A stretch of 62,907 nucleotides of DNA, the filler included, from Intoshia linei (Eukaryota; Animalia; Orthonectida), in NCBI GenBank assembly GCA_001642005.1. It is 5 parts of 5 records of this genome, joined end to end, with 100 filler letters (N's around TTAATTAATTAA, not from the genome) between each part and the next. Parts side by side here need not be neighbours in the genome. Positions count along the whole stretch, not along the records: positions 1 to 28,031 come from LWCA01000426.1; positions 28,132 to 49,630 come from LWCA01000642.1; 3 more parts are not named here. The stretch is one strand, 5' to 3'. Position numbers and translations under genes: made by a program. Positions 14,911-28,813 of this stretch are shown here, in pieces. Every line of letters starts with the position of its first letter. The first letter of the stretch is position 1. Under the pieces are notes generated by a model, which saw nothing but the letters and a program-made list of their open reading frames with translations, was not told the DNA's origin and did no database searches.

Positions 14911-15641
14911 GATGATTTTGATTGAAATAATTAAATTACCCTGAGAAATATCACTTAATCCTGAGCCCTGAGTATAATTTGAAAACCAGAATTCTCAGGG
15001 GAAAATAGCACAGTTGGCAACCTTGGCCTTAACGGTCAAAAAAGCACTCTTTTAAAGTATTCTTTTCTTGTTTATTTCGAAACTATTTTATTAAAACAAA
15101 AAATTTCAAATAATTAATTGTCCTACATTTTAAAAAAAAGATTATTTTTGATACAGCTTATTCCAGTTGATATAAATACAAAATTTCAACCTCAGAAATC
15201 TCCCGGTGTAAACTTTTTGGCCTGCCCGACTTCATCATTTTTTAAATATTATTTTGAAAATAAACTTTCATTTATATACAATATTTGTATTACAAATTAT
15301 GTAATTATGAACTTAGTTTTGTCTTATATTACTTAGTTTTATATAGATTTATCTATTAATAGTATGTCACCAAATCTACCTACAAAATTAAGAATTTACT
15401 TTATTTAAAATCATATTGAATTGAAATTAATAATTTATATTATTTGTCGCGCCTACTTACATATTCACTGATATTGGAAAGACACCACACTATTCAAAAA
15501 CTATCCACTTCAACAGATAAAACAGTAGTGACACAACAAGTTAATATTATAACGACGGTTAGACTTATGTGATATATCCAATGGATATAAAAACTAAAGT
15601 TTATTCTTGTTAAAGTTTAAAAAATTTTATAATTATTTGCG

Positions 15642-16075
15642 ATGAGTAAACCTACTATTTATGCACAAAAAATGAGACAACTTAGTAAACAAATTTTTGG
15701 AGAATTATCGGATAACATCCCATCTAAATCCTTAATCCACGTCGTAGCAAAATTTAAAAATAAGCCTTATTATAAAGACGAAAGGTTTGATCCTGTTGAA
15801 TAAGGTTGGATAAGTGAAATAAATTTAGATTTACTCCAGATTTTTACCCAAGGCATGATTTGGACAGACCATTGATGACTGAATTAAGAAAGATGGGACT
15901 ATACCAGTAATTTACAATGTTCATTTAATCTGTATTTAAATTGTTCAGTGATGCTCGATATGATTTTAATCAGCTTATGACTAAAATGCGATTAGTTAGA
16001 GGGAAAACTAAGTGGGCACCTAAGCCTTATGCGAAAAATTTAGTTGAACCTGAAAAAGCAACTAAAAAAAATTAA
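15642..16075 (+). CDS. MRPS33: Mitochondrial small ribosomal subunit protein mS33 (exons 15642-15784, 15829-15906, 15949-16075)
   Basis: Spliced product MSKPTIYAQKMRQLSKQIFGE..FYPRH...LMTELRKMGLYHDARYDFNQLMTKMRLVRGK.. matches mS33 YA.RM..LS..IFGE / YP.H / LM..LR..GLY.D...DF / RGK. Both introns are GT-AG and keep the frame. Confidence 0.9.
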
Positions 16076-16596
16076 ATATTGTATTGTATTTATTAAAAAT
16101 TAAAAGATTTACATAACAATAAAATATAAATGAATCAAAATTGGTTCACTACTGATTCTATTATTATTTGTTATATTGTGTGAATAATAAATATAAATAT
16201 ACTGTCTTTTCTCGATTATAAGCAGACCTCTGAAATACAAATTTTCAGTGAAATTTTTAACTAAATAAAATTTGAATATGAGCAGTTTCTGCTTGTATTC
16301 AAAAGAAAGAACTTTAAACAAAAAAATAGACATCAATTTACAATATATTTCTAAAAAATAACTTCCTCATACAATAGAATGTCTAATTTATAAGTTTATA
16401 CTAATTAGAAAAAAACTTTAGTGTATTTTTTATATTTTTCAAGGTCTGTTTAAAAGTTTGCTTGTTTTAGATTATAAGCATTTTTCCTTCTACTTTCGAA
16501 TATAAGAAGACTTCTTATAATCGAAAAAAGACAGTAGCCTCTAAAATATAGATTAGAAAAAGACCGCCAAATGATTTGATTTGATTTACGAGCCAA

Positions 16597-16855
16597 TGGA
16601 TACAAAGTTAGCATCTAAATATGCTACCAAATTGGCCGCCACAGAGTCCAGATTTGAATATAATCGAAAATCTTTGAAGTGAATTGAAGAAAAGGGTGCG
16701 TTAACGATCTCCTCAAAATTTAGAGTCACTATGGAGAATAACAAAGGAAAAATTCTATAAAATACCTAACGATTATATCCAAAAATCTTTATGAGTCTAT
16801 TCCGAGAAGATTAGATGACGTATTTTCAGTAAATGGCGGAAATACAAAGTACTGA
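16597..16855 (+). mobile_element. Tc1-like (DD34E) transposase C-terminal remnant
   Basis: NWPPQSPDLNIIENL*..SIPRRLDDVFSVNGGNTKY* with internal stops and a frameshift. Confidence 0.9.
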
Positions 16856-17473
16856 CATTATTAAACCTTTTTAAATTTAATTTAATTTGTTAATTATGTC
16901 GTTTAATCATAAAATTAATCACGGGTGCTCAAAACATATGAACGACTAAAATTATTACAATTTAATAATATCATCATTCTCATATCTAATAATTATCTAA
17001 CAGTCTTCAAATTTAATTAATAACATCCGATCGTATTTACAGACACGTGTCACAGAACTTGTTTTTTATGGATTTTTAAAATTCATCTTATTTTTTAATA
17101 TATAATTTGAGTTTTTATTACCCTAAATGACTCAATTTCGGAAATTGAAATTTAAGATAAAACATCACTCGAAAAATTGTATTAAAAATTTGGTTTTCTT
17201 AAATTTTATAATTTACTAGGTTACTGTATTACGTACAAAAAACACCTAGCTTTGCCGAGGGCACATTTTTATTATACCAAAAAAATAAATTCACGTTAAA
17301 AATCTAAATTAAAAATCCTACTATTCACTATTATCAATCCGTTAAACGAGTGGTTGCCAAACTTGTTTCAGGTGGAACTGTAATTCGTAATAATAATAGT
17401 TATAAAACGTAAGGTGGAATTCACGTACATGAAAAGTTTTAATATTTTGGTATATAATTTTATTCATATAGAT

Positions 17474-17970
17474 CGGGGGTTCTCAACGTGGACCATGTGG
17501 AAAAATTTTAAACATTAAAATAAATTTGGTGTATTAAGCCATAAAATTGCTAACCAAAACAAAATCTATAAATGCATAATAAATTTGAAATATAAATTTG
17601 GAATTATGCTTTACAGATCTTCAAAACTTTGAATCAGATGATGAAACCAGTCTTGAACTAACTTAAAAACATTGGTCTTAAATGAAGATTTGAAATTAGT
17701 AAGACGAATAGAAAAGGAAGGTTTATTTGGATTTATGGGAATTCAAGAATTAAATCCAATTGTATTTGATTATGTTCAACTAATCATTATTGCTTTTACT
17801 ACGACATGGCTTATAGAAGCTCAATTTTCAGCAGTGGTCGATATTTTTAGTAAGAAGAGGTCAAAATTTGATGTCAACAACCGAGGAATAATGCGATTAA
17901 GATTGAATAAACTAATAGAAATTGATTACGATTCATTGTGCAACAAATACCAATGCCAAGGCAGTCTAAC
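17474..17970 (+). mobile_element. hAT/Buster (SCAND3/ZBED5-like) deletion derivative
   Basis: TIR-like CGGGGGTTCTCAAC at 17474. Translation AFTTTWLIEAQFSAVVDIFSKKRSKFDVNNRGIMRLRL..Y..LC.KYQCQGS is the Buster C-terminus. Confidence 0.8.
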
Positions 17971-18197
17971 TAATATAAATTTATATTTACTTGTTAATTA
18001 TTACTTTTTAACACTTTTCTTGATACTTTAAGATTTAAATAAATAAAGCATTTTACTGTAAATAAAAGTGTAATTTTTCGTACCAGTAGTAAGGATAAAC
18101 ATTCATTTTTATATAAGCAAAGCATTAGTATACTTTGATAACATTTTCATGGATAAAAATGTTTAACTATAATTAAATAATTATGTTAGTACAATAT

Positions 18198-21100
18198 TTA
18201 AACTTGACTATATAATATATTTTCTTGTGAAGAATAATAGTCTTGTTTGAAATTATTGTTTTTAAAAGTATTTGGCGGGTTTAGCATATTTTCATTTGCA
18301 TTTAAATTTTTCTTTAAAATATAATCTTCATAATATGGAACTACGCGTGGTAATGTACTGTATTGCATTTTTTGGTTTTCATTTTGTAAAATTTTTTCTT
18401 GCATAACTGATGCAGATCTATTATCACTATTTTGGTTGAATTTCATTAAATTAGGTTTAGATTCGTGTCTATAAAACAAGTTTAATTAAATGCAGTGCCG
18501 AACCTACCGTACCCGAAACCCTCTTGGCGTCTTGTTTTTCTAAATTGACCATTAAAAAATTCGTTAATATCAACTATTTGGTGTGTTAAATTTTAAATAT
18601 CAAGTATGAGCCATAGAAATGTGGTTTGGGCTATATGACACTGTCCAACTTTGTGAACTTTTTTTATGGTGTATTTTTCATATTTTTATGGTCTCGAGCT
18701 AGGTATGTTCGGCTCTGATTAATTGTATCAATATTAGTTTAATTGGATTGAAATGATTACAAATAGTAAAATCCAATTACAGTACAATCACATGACTGTA
18801 CTGTAAATATAGTCAATTCTTTTCTATATGAACATCCTTTAATATGAACTCAGCTCAATATGAACACGACAATTTTGTTTGAACAAACATTGATTGAACA
18901 ATTCAAAACTTTTAATTATATTAATATCGTTATTCATATATCATATTACAGTATAGTATAAACATGATCAAAACCTGGTCCCTTCATGTTCATATAGAAC
19001 ATAATTGACTGTAGTTATATATAATTTTATTTTCGTTATTTGTAGTGATAAGACGACTCCAAAATGTTTAAGATTCTGTTCTTGTAGGAAATTTTTTAAT
19101 TCTTTATATTCCTAAAAAACTAGCTATCCTGATTCGATCCATTGGAATCATCATATCACTAGTTATCTCTACAACCAATGTGACATTGGCAATGTCATGC
19201 CTCAAATTTTAAATAAAATAAATTGTTATTAACATATTAATTACAATAACAAATGTTTAAGTTTATAAAAAACTTTAACAGTTTTTTTAAAAGTTAGAAA
19301 TTGCGTAGCAATGACATAAAAACAGTATGAGTCAATTTATGAGACTGAAACTGAATATTTTTGTGTATGTTAACTAAAACTGCTAACCCTATTATTTGTA
19401 CATTTTTTTTAATTCTCTAATCATTAATTTTAATTTTGTGGTTTTAAACCGTGAAGATGCTAGTTTTGATGTTCTAATTGATGATAATGAGCGTGGTTTA
19501 AAAAATGTCCCAGAATCTGTGTTTTTTTAAATTTTAGTTCTCTTCATTTAGAAAAAAAGGATCGTTCGAGATTGTAACCGTGAAGATGCCAATTTCTGAG
19601 TTTGAAATTATCCTACTTTACACACCGGAAAAAACTGACTGATAATTATTTTTTTTGAAAATTCTGGGCACGTCAGTTTTGTAAATCAATGGTTACACAG
19701 ACAGACTGTGTCTGTCAGGCAAATTTTCGCAACTTTTACTTTATAAACATGGATTATGGATATCAGTGTTTCCCAACCTGGGCAATTTGACTTTTTTACT
19801 GGGCGATGCGAAATATAATAATGTAAAAAAAAATATATATTTTTAATTTTTTTCAACAAATTAAATTTTCAATTACATTGTATATCAAATAAAAAAAATT
19901 GAATTAAATTGAACGATAATTAATTTATTAAGAGTTTGACAATATAAGTTATGTAACACCAATTATCTGTGTAGTAAGTATGTTGCCTTGTAGGAAATAA
20001 TTTGACACTGATATGCTGCAACACAATTATATCAGTGTTTATTAAAAAATTAGAAATCTTTAGTCATAATTTAACAAAAAAGGAATTATACCAATTTCTT
20101 AGATTGTTTTCTATAAAAAACGAAATAAATTGTACTGATATAAAGATATTGGTTGATCACATTAATAATCTCAAAAAAGACATAGAGGGTAGATTCATTA
20201 ACATATTAGATCTAAAAATAAATTATTGTATGATCGATCCATTTTCTGTTGATATCAGAGATGTTGATATTACATGTCAAGAAGAATTGTTAGTAATTCA
20301 ACATGATGAAAAGTGTTCAAATGACTATAAGATAGGTAATTATATACAAATGTAGCAAAATATTAGAATGTCTCAACTTTATTCAAATATATGGAAACAA
20401 ATTCTGAACTTAATGATTCCCTTTCCATCTTCATATTTAGTTGAAAAAGGTTTTAGTGCTGTAAATCACATAATGTCAAAAAAAAGGATTAATATGGATA
20501 TAATTAAAAGAGATTCGTTTATTCCTGTCAAAAATTGTTCCCGATATAAAAAGATTAGTTAACGACCATAAAGCGCAAGGATCACATTAAATGGAATTAT
20601 TTTATTCGCTAATAATACTTTCATAATAAATTTATTTAGTTTCGATTTAGTTCAAAACAAAATAAATGTATTTGTTTGTGCATAATATATATAATGTTAC
20701 ATTTTGAAATTAAAATTTTATTTTTACTAGGCGATAAAAATAATATATTTAATAAAATTCTAAAAAATGGACGATAACGCAAAATGGGTTGGGAAACACT
20801 GATGTAGATTGTAAAAATATGCATGTACCTTTTTTCTGTACTAAAATATGAAAAAGGTTCATTATTATTGATATTTGAAATTTGAGAATAAGATGTTGTT
20901 TGTGATTGATAAACTTTAGGTACACTAATTTTAGAATTATTTTGTTCATAATTTCTAATAAATTTTTCAAAAGGTTCATTGCTCATATTGACAGTATAAA
21001 TAGATTTATTTTGAATAGGTTCATCAACTTTAATTCTCTGAGGTTCTTGATAAGCATTATCAGTAATATTTTTTTTCTTTACCAATTGAACGATATCATG

Positions 21101-23037
21101 AAAAGACTGATTATCCGATTTCATAACACTATAAACCGTTTTCCTAAAATTATGTAGTTGAGGGTTGGTACTGTTTTGAGTGGTTTCTAAATCGGATTTT
21201 GTTTTTAATCTAAAAGTCCATTCACTTTTAAAAGTATAAATGAGCCAAATTACGACAATTACAATAAAATGTATAACGTCTGATACTATTCCAATGATGT
21301 ACATGGTATAGCCATACCTTGATTTGTCTATAAAATGAAATAACACATTATTGGCAAGATTTTCATACTGACGATCGGAAACACTGTACGCAACGTTAAC
21401 ATAAAGAATACCAATTTTAGCGAGTGACACAATAATCAACATTATCAGAGTTAGTGTGTGATATATGTATCCACTTTCAAAAAACTTGACAAATATATTT
21501 TTTTTTCGTTTAACTTTTTTTTCGTCCTTTGTTATTTTTGTATTCAATTCATGTTTCATTTTAGGTTTGAGTTTTATACGATTTTTACTGTCTTTAGTGT
21601 TTATTACAAGTTTTGATTTTAAAACGACAGCCGTGAAAATGTCAACCTTTTCTTTTTTCTTCATGGGATTCGTCAATAAATCAGATTTTATGTTGGTTTT
21701 GAAGGCGTTTAAACCATTGGATATAAGAATATGGGTTAAGAAAAAAATAGTCATGGAATGTATTACGTAAAGTAGTGCGTTACTAATCATATACATGTCA
21801 AATAAAATGCCGGGATGTTCGAGAGAAATGCTGAATTCTGCTGAAAATATAGAATCAAACATTCCGGTCGTATTGCCTTGAGAAAATACCGTAAACATAT
21901 TAGTCATTGTATCAAATGCAAGAGATAAATTTTCAGAATTTTCAATTACCTCCTTCTGTTGCATGTAAATTGGTATAAATGTTGAATAAGACACTAAAGA
22001 GTTCAAAACCAATGATAGAGATTCAATTGTTAAAAATACCATTATAAATCGACTTGTACTAGAAAATACTGAAATGTGCTTGTATAGCATGATAATTAGT
22101 GCAATAGATAAATTGACCATGCTGATGGACATCATATCATTGGTAATATCAATTTCTCGCACCGTGTTTGGTCCATTGTTTAAATTTGTTTGAAAATAAT
22201 TTTCCATTTGTTCATTTGATACTATTGAATTTTCTGGTATTATATTGTCTACGACCAATGAAATATTTTCTAAAGTTTAATAAAGATAAAAGCCATTATA
22301 ATTACGTTGATATACATTTACCTTGATTTAAAGCATTTGGAAATAATAGTAAACATCCTATCGTAACATGCAAAACACTTGAAAAAGGAAACATGAATTT
22401 TGTCATAAATTTAAAATATTTTGACAAACTCAAAATGGCCTTTTTGTAAACCATGTTGGATGTATTTGCCTGAGGAGATTCAGGTTTAACGTACATTTTT
22501 TCAGTTTTCGAAGCCAATTGTTTAATTGGAGTGTATTTGTATATTAAAGATTTTCCAATGTCAAAAAGTAAATTTGGTAGAGCAAAAGATAATTTTTGAG
22601 AATACCCTGGACAGCACGATTTTCCGAACAATGAAACAAAGAAAAAAATTATTAATAAAATGGATGCAATAATGAATGAAAAAAAGTTTCCTCTTTCTGA
22701 ACGCAATTCTTCCTGATTCATAAGAAACTTCCAAATATCAACAAAATATAGTGTTTCATTAGCTGCTGTAACATTGACATCTAAAATAACTGGTTATTAA
22801 TATTAAAATAAAAGTTTAAAAATTACCCATGGTCGAATTAAATGTCAAGATAGCACTGGGTACATCGTATATACTCTTTTTTAGATATAGAGATTGATAT
22901 AATGATTCAAACATTTTGTATATAATGTAAATTTGTAAAGTCGTTATTATTAATGTATAAATCGTATTAAATAACGAAAATGATTTCACAAAATTTCCGC
23001 TAATGTACTTTTTAAAAGGTATACTTTTTTGCTCCAT
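18198..23037 (-). CDS. Multipass membrane protein, tincar-like
   Basis: Exons at about 23037-22823, 22781-22315, 22270-20829 and 18468-18198; the junction AG|A CAC is frame-compatible. Hydrophobic segments SLFNTIYTLIITTLQIYI, PFSSVLHVTIGCLLLFP and ISMVNLSIALIIMLYKHISVFSSTSR are collinear with recalled tincar motifs (SLWSIWY..LQ.Y; P....H...A.CLL.P; E.LN..LAL.....RYP.VFW.T). Confidence 0.6.
18493..18717. mobile_element. hAT-type MITE (related copies at about 6160-6382 and from 37408)
   Basis: TIRs CAGTGCCGAAC / GTTCGGCTCTG, with 8-bp flanks ATTAAATG / ATTAATTG. Confidence 0.7.
18810..19011. mobile_element. pogo-like MITE
   Basis: Inverted ends TAGTCAATTCTTTTCTATATGAACAT / ATGTTCATATAGAACATAATTGACTG with TA flanks. 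Confidence 0.7.
19764..20801 (+). mobile_element. hAT/Buster non-autonomous element with both TIRs and a transposase 3' remnant, inside the last intron of the tincar-like gene
   Basis: 15-bp TIRs CAGTGTTTCCCAACC / GGTTGGGAAACACTG; flanks ATGGATAT / ATGTAGAT; internal PFPSSYLVEKGFSAVNHIMSKKR motif with stops. Confidence 0.88.
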
Positions 23038-23439
23038 TAATAGTAAATTACATGAATATTTAAATTATATGTGAATATATTATTACGTAATGATGATTCA
23101 TAAGTACCATGATTATCTATAAATATAAATACAACAGAATTTAACGAAGCATTTATTTCAATTCAATTTTCAAAACATTCAACCATGCAATAGAAATTAA
23201 ATATTCTCATAATGGAATCATTACCAATATCAAATTAATCAACAAAAAACTAAACCTAATCTCAATTTTTGTAGTCTACGAAATTATATACTTGAATTAT
23301 GTCAATACATTATATTTTGTATTATTTTATTGTTTCTAAAAATTTTGTATTGGTATTGGAAAGTTTTATTTTTATGGTTTTGTTTAGAAATAATCATTAG
23401 ATAGTCTTAAATTATTGTTAATATATATAATAGAAATAT

Positions 23440-24252
23440 CAATCGAGATAATTAATAAATTGGTCTATATTTTATTAAAATATAATCTAAATTAAAAAAA
23501 AGTTTCTTTTGATAGAGCTTATTTCAGTTGATATAAATAAAAAATTTGAACCCCAGAAATCTACGCATTCCCGGTGACAAATAATTTTTAATATATTATT
23601 AACCAATATTTTTCAAATATTTCGATTAAAATTGAAAATGTAAATATTGATCCTACAATTTCAAAAAAAATGTGCATTGAAGTCTACACATTTCCAATTA
23701 TAATAAAAATCTATATAATTCATTCCTTCTGAATTTTTTTCATTGCTACGCAATTTTTAAATTTCAAATTTTCATTTTCAAAACATTTTTATTAAAATAT
23801 TCAAATTTAATTAAGAAACTAAACAACGAAACTAAAAAACTTTGTTAATATCATTTTTATATTACCAATCCTTTGCAATAATGTAAAATTCGACTAAAAT
23901 GTTTATAAAGTGAAGATTCAGTTAATTATTGATACACAATTGGTATTTTTAAGTATTTATTAAATTGGTACTAAATATAAATTAAAAAAATGGGATAACA
24001 ATTGTTTTTAAAATTCTTTATGCAAATGTTAACAAACAAAAAATTAATATGGAATAATTCACTTTAAAGTAAAAAAGTAATGTGATGGTTCCACCTGAAA
24101 CAAATTTGGGAACCACTCCTTTAAAGGATGAATAATAGTGAATAGTAGAGTTTTTAAATTAGATTTTCAACGTGAATTTATTTTTTAAGTATAATAAAAA
24201 TGTACCCTCAACAGAGGTCCTGTTTGTACGTAGTACATAACAGTCAACCTAG
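23440..24252 (+). mobile_element. Non-autonomous Helitron-like element, 5' end unclear
   Basis: Ends ..GTACGTAGTACATAACAGTCAACCTAG|T at 24252. The body is the reverse complement of the copy at 43197-43947. Confidence 0.6.
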
Positions 24253-24774
24253 TTTGAATATATTTATTGACTCTGATTAACATTTTAGTCCTCGCGCTCT
24301 TTAAAATATAAGTTTAAGTGTCGCAAGTGAACAAAAATGACCCATATTAATAAATGACAAATTTATAAAAAGCAATAAACAGTCAAGTTGTAAAATTAAA
24401 GTTTTAGTTATAAATTTTGAAACAATCGTATAGAAATATTTTGCATGACACAATTTAAAACATTTTTAAATGTTTTAATTAACTCTACCAATGGCGTCGT
24501 TTTTTTTCATTTAGAATCACTATTCTGCTATATTTTCAATATAAGATACAAATTTACTGAAATATTCGTAATCCGATTAATTTTCACTATTGAATCAAAT
24601 CAATGACATCTTCATCATAAAAAATATTATTTTTAGAATTTTATTTGTACTACAAATTGATATCAAAATATAAGTAGCATTATAGATACCAGATAATCAA
24701 AACATTGATGTACTCATTGAACTATACGAAAAATGTTCGAAATAGCGACTATTGTTGTAATGTTGATAAATTAA

Positions 24775-24946
24775 CCCTTTTACTGTCTGTGTATTCTATG
24801 ATATACACAGCATAATTTTGAAAAACTTTTCTTTTATTTTCATACATTTTCACATAGGTAATTTAAAAATAATACAAGTTTAAATTAAAAACTAAATTCC
24901 AGACGTGTGGTAATAGTGCATAAAATTGCATCAGACAGTGAAAGGG
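24775..24946. mobile_element. piggyBac-type MITE
   Basis: TTAA|CCCTTTTACTGTCTG ... CAGACAGTGAAAGGG|TTAA: CCC/GGG termini with a TTAA duplication. Confidence 0.85.
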
Positions 24947-25339
24947 TTAAAAGTCACTTGTATAATGTAACAAGTTGTATTGCATTATATTTCATTCCTC
25001 GTACAATTAATTTATTTACAATTTGTTAACTCATCGTATAAGTCAAATTTCATTCATAAATATTTGTCATTTTTGTCCAGGCGCGAGTAGTGAAAGGTTA
25101 ATTAGATCTGACTGTGAAACATCTATTATGACTTTTAGGGTATTTATTTGACTGATACAAAATCGACTGCCTTTTTATATTCAGTTATTACATTTGTGTA
25201 TGTTGCCAGTGGCATTACCATATACAAATTTATTACTAAAAATTAAGTTTATTACGTAGTCAAGTGTTATATTTTATAATACATTATCGTTAAGCATTGC
25301 AAGTTTTTTCATTATAAAATAAAATATAATAACGAAAAG

Positions 25340-27541
25340 ATGTCTACAAAAGTAAAAATTTTACAAAAACGTATTTTTTATATGAATTGTAGACCATAAT
25401 TTCAAACAATTTTGATGCATCAAAATTTAAAATGGTTGTTGATTTGTTTGGATCAAAATGCGGCAATAAGATTGAGTTTGTCGAAAACTTTAATGATAGC
25501 TTCGTTTCTAGTGATAAAATGAACGCTAAAATAGTTAGTGGAGAGGTATTTATTTTTTAAATTGCTATTACGTTTCAATTGAATTCAAATTATAGATGCC
25601 TTTGATGGTTTATGGTACAAAGCAATTGTACGGAAATGAAGCAATTTGCATGAATTGTAAAATTTATAATTTCTAACGTAATTTCGTTTAGTGTCTCATT
25701 GTAAATTTTTTGGATCCATGGATAGCGTGTTCGAATCTATCATCTTTATAACGAATTATGTGAAACCACACATTGAAAATCTAAATAACATGTTGACAGG
25801 AATTCAAGTTTACAATAAAAAAGTAGAAAGCGATAGTAAAACTGAACTTTTGACTGCTTTAGATATTCTTAATTCTCGATTTCTTGCCTTTTCTTACATG
25901 TCATGTGAGCACCTAACATTATCAGATGCTTCATTGTTGGTTTACATGGGAATTGCTTATAGTAAAGTAAGTCATTAGTAATATTAATTTAATAATAGTA
26001 TAATAAATAAGTATAATAATAATAATAATAATAATAGTTTTTGGAGCCTTCCATTCGAGAAAAATTACCCTTCTTGAACAGATGGTTTGAAACAGTGAGA
26101 AATACTGCAAATTACGAAAAATATTTTGGAAAATTCGAATATTGCACCAAATGGTCTAAACCCGATTGTGACTTTTATTTGTAATTATTTTATTGAAATT
26201 TAGTTTCCAAATTACAAAAAACAAAAAAAGTAAAGACAAATTTAGTCTAAATCTTAGATGTACATTATTTTATAGGCAAAGGAAGAAGTAAAACCAAAAA
26301 AAGACAAACCCGTAGTAGTAGAAAAACCAATTGTCAAACCTTTTGCTAATGAACCTATGCCGTATTATTATTTTTATCGTCAATTAATTTATTTTAGTAA
26401 AATGGACTTGGAAAATTTTAAGCGATTCTTTTTTAATACCAAAGACAAACAAAGTGTCGTTGCTCAATTTCTCAATGAATTTGATTCAACTACTCAGTCT
26501 GTGTGGACATGTGAGTACTTGGAAGCAGACAAGTATCTTGGATTAGGTTTTACTATCTCAAATATGGTTGAAGGCATGTTTCAACGATTACTCAAACTTA
26601 AAAATCATGGCATGGGAATTATGGTTATAAGCACCAAACCTAAAAAAGCTGTTACAGGTCTTTGGTTCTGGAGAGGTCAAGGTCTAGCATTTGAAGTAAT
26701 TTCTTTACTATTATGTTGGGGATAGTTATTTTGGTTCAGATTTAATTCATATTATGCACGGTCATGTTTGTTTAGAATCCAAACAATTCGATATCTAAAC
26801 TTTAGACCCCACTTTTTTTAAATAAGAATAAATATTTTTATTTGATTAAAAAAATGAATACTAAAGTGCTTTTTTGACTATGAAGGCGGTACTATGACTT
26901 CGAAAAATTTTGTTAATGTTAACTGGAAATTATGAATGTGATTTTTTTTTATTCTGAGATTTATTTCATTTTTTATAAATACTTATATATATTTTATCTT
27001 TATGATAATACTCATACTTTTTAAAACTAACCCAAAATTTATTTAATTAAAAAGGTTATTTGTGGTTTTAACCATGAAAATATAATTTTCTAAAGTTTAA
27101 GATTTACGATAATGCTAATAATTTAAAAAAGGTAATGTGGACTATGTACCTAAAGGACTTAATTTCTGAAAATGATAGCAATAAAGCATGACTAGAAAAA
27201 CTATTAATATAATGTTATTGTTAAGAATTTAAGCCTATTATTATTTGAAATAAATGGTTACACATAAATATACATTTTAACTAAATTACGCTATAATCAG
27301 GGATATAATCTGTATAAGCGGTCTTAACTAATTAAGAATTAACTACAATACAGTACTTTTTAATTATTAATTACGTTTTTAGCAAGACATAAATTGGATG
27401 GTAGATTATATTACATATGATTGGAAAAAAATTGACGCAACTTCAGACCAAGGAAAACAATATGTTACAAATTTCTTTTCTGTTGTTGAAGGTGGAACAA
27501 TAAATGGAAATGAAGCAGAATATGTTTTGTATTATCACTAA
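25340..27541 (+). CDS. EEF1G: Translation elongation factor 1-gamma (GST-like N-terminus plus EF1G C-domain), divergent
   Basis: FLNRWFETV; MDLENFKRFFFN..SVWTCEY..FTISNMVEGMFQRL..GLWFWRGQGLAFE..WMVDYITYDWKKID. Short GT-AG introns; stop TAA 27539-27541. Confidence 0.92.
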
Positions 27542-28131
27542 ATACATATTAATTTTCTAATTTGTATGTTGTTACGTTATATTTGTCTACTCAACAATCC
27601 TGAGTCCTGTTTGTGAATCTGAGTTTGTCATTTTATTTTAAGCTTAAAAAACGAAATACAGTAGACCTCAATACCGGCACAATTTTAAAATATTTAAAAA
27701 AAATTTGATTAAATTAAATTTATTATCTATATTTATAAGAAACTTGGCTAAACCACGGAAAATTGATATAAAGCAAAATAATCTGTATTTAATGAAGAAG
27801 TTAAAAATGATTTAAAGATAAACTTGAATTATAAAAGTTAATGAATCATAGAAAATTGCATTAATAAAAACTTGACAGTAGATAAAGCGATTACCCTTGT
27901 ATACAAAATTGAATTTAAAGAAATAATATATATTCCGTAAATATCAAAAAATACATTGAAAAATTAATAGAATCAAATTTTATGTGTGTTAACAGGATAC
28001 AACTGTACTACCTGTAAATTTTTTGAAATTCNNNNNNNNNNNNNNNNNNNNNNNNNNNNNNNNNNNNNNNNNNNNTTAATTAATTAANNNNNNNNNNNNN
28101 NNNNNNNNNNNNNNNNNNNNNNNNNNNNNNN

Positions 28132-28560
28132 TCTCAAAGGGCCAGTGTTATTACCATAACACTCCGATACCCCAGTACACATTTCAGTAATCATCGGTTT
28201 TTTTCCTATATCCGTGAAAACGTTGGTCACACCGAACTCGAGGCGATGTTGCTTGATATATAGCGTACAATTGTAATCATATAAAAATTTCATCCCTAAT
28301 ATAAATTTAATATCATTACAGCATTCAGGTAACACATAAAAACTTACAGGAAGAATTTTGCCTTCTACCGTTATCTCTAATATAACGGTTCCTTGACAAA
28401 TAACTTTTCCTGCTCCTACACTTTCCACGGTTAGCAGTTCTCTCGCTATTAATTTATTGGTGATCACTTTCTGGCTAACAAAGTTAAGCTCAGACCCACT
28501 ATCAACCAAAAATTTGTGACGGAAATTATGATAAAAAAATGGTACCGTAAACAGCATTCT
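28132..28560 (-). mobile_element. LTR retrotransposon (Ty3/Gypsy-like) aspartic protease fragment running into a gap
   Basis: FLVDSGSELNFV catalytic motif and ILGMKFL; intronless; truncated by Ns. Confidence 0.8.
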
Positions 28561-28813
28561 TCGTTACTTTAAATCAAACGGCAGTTTGGCAAACAAAAAA
28601 CTCGTATTGATAATTTATATATTGTGACGATTATCAGAATAAACAATAATTAGAAAGAAGATTTTAGTAAAGCTTGACAAATATATAAATTAGTTCGAAG
28701 TGATCTTTAATTCCTTCGTCATCCCATAGTGATGTAATCGCTACAAACTCAATATTAATTATACAAACATTGTAAAAAAAACATAAATGAAAATGTATTA
28801 TTAATTTAAAATT

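Noticed and set aside
20636-20828. C-terminal part of the 540-aa ORF
   Set aside because: Read-through past the donor at 20828 into a hAT TIR; not part of the protein.
20906-21770. Plus-strand ORFs opposite the tincar-like exon (likewise 6257-6568, 35034, 39331, 52108, 55133, 61890)
   Set aside because: Antisense shadows of better-supported coding sequence.
28032-28131. TTAATTAATTAA embedded in N runs (also at about 49675, 58005 and 61219)
   Set aside because: An identical all-frame-stop linker at every gap; an assembly spacer, not biology.
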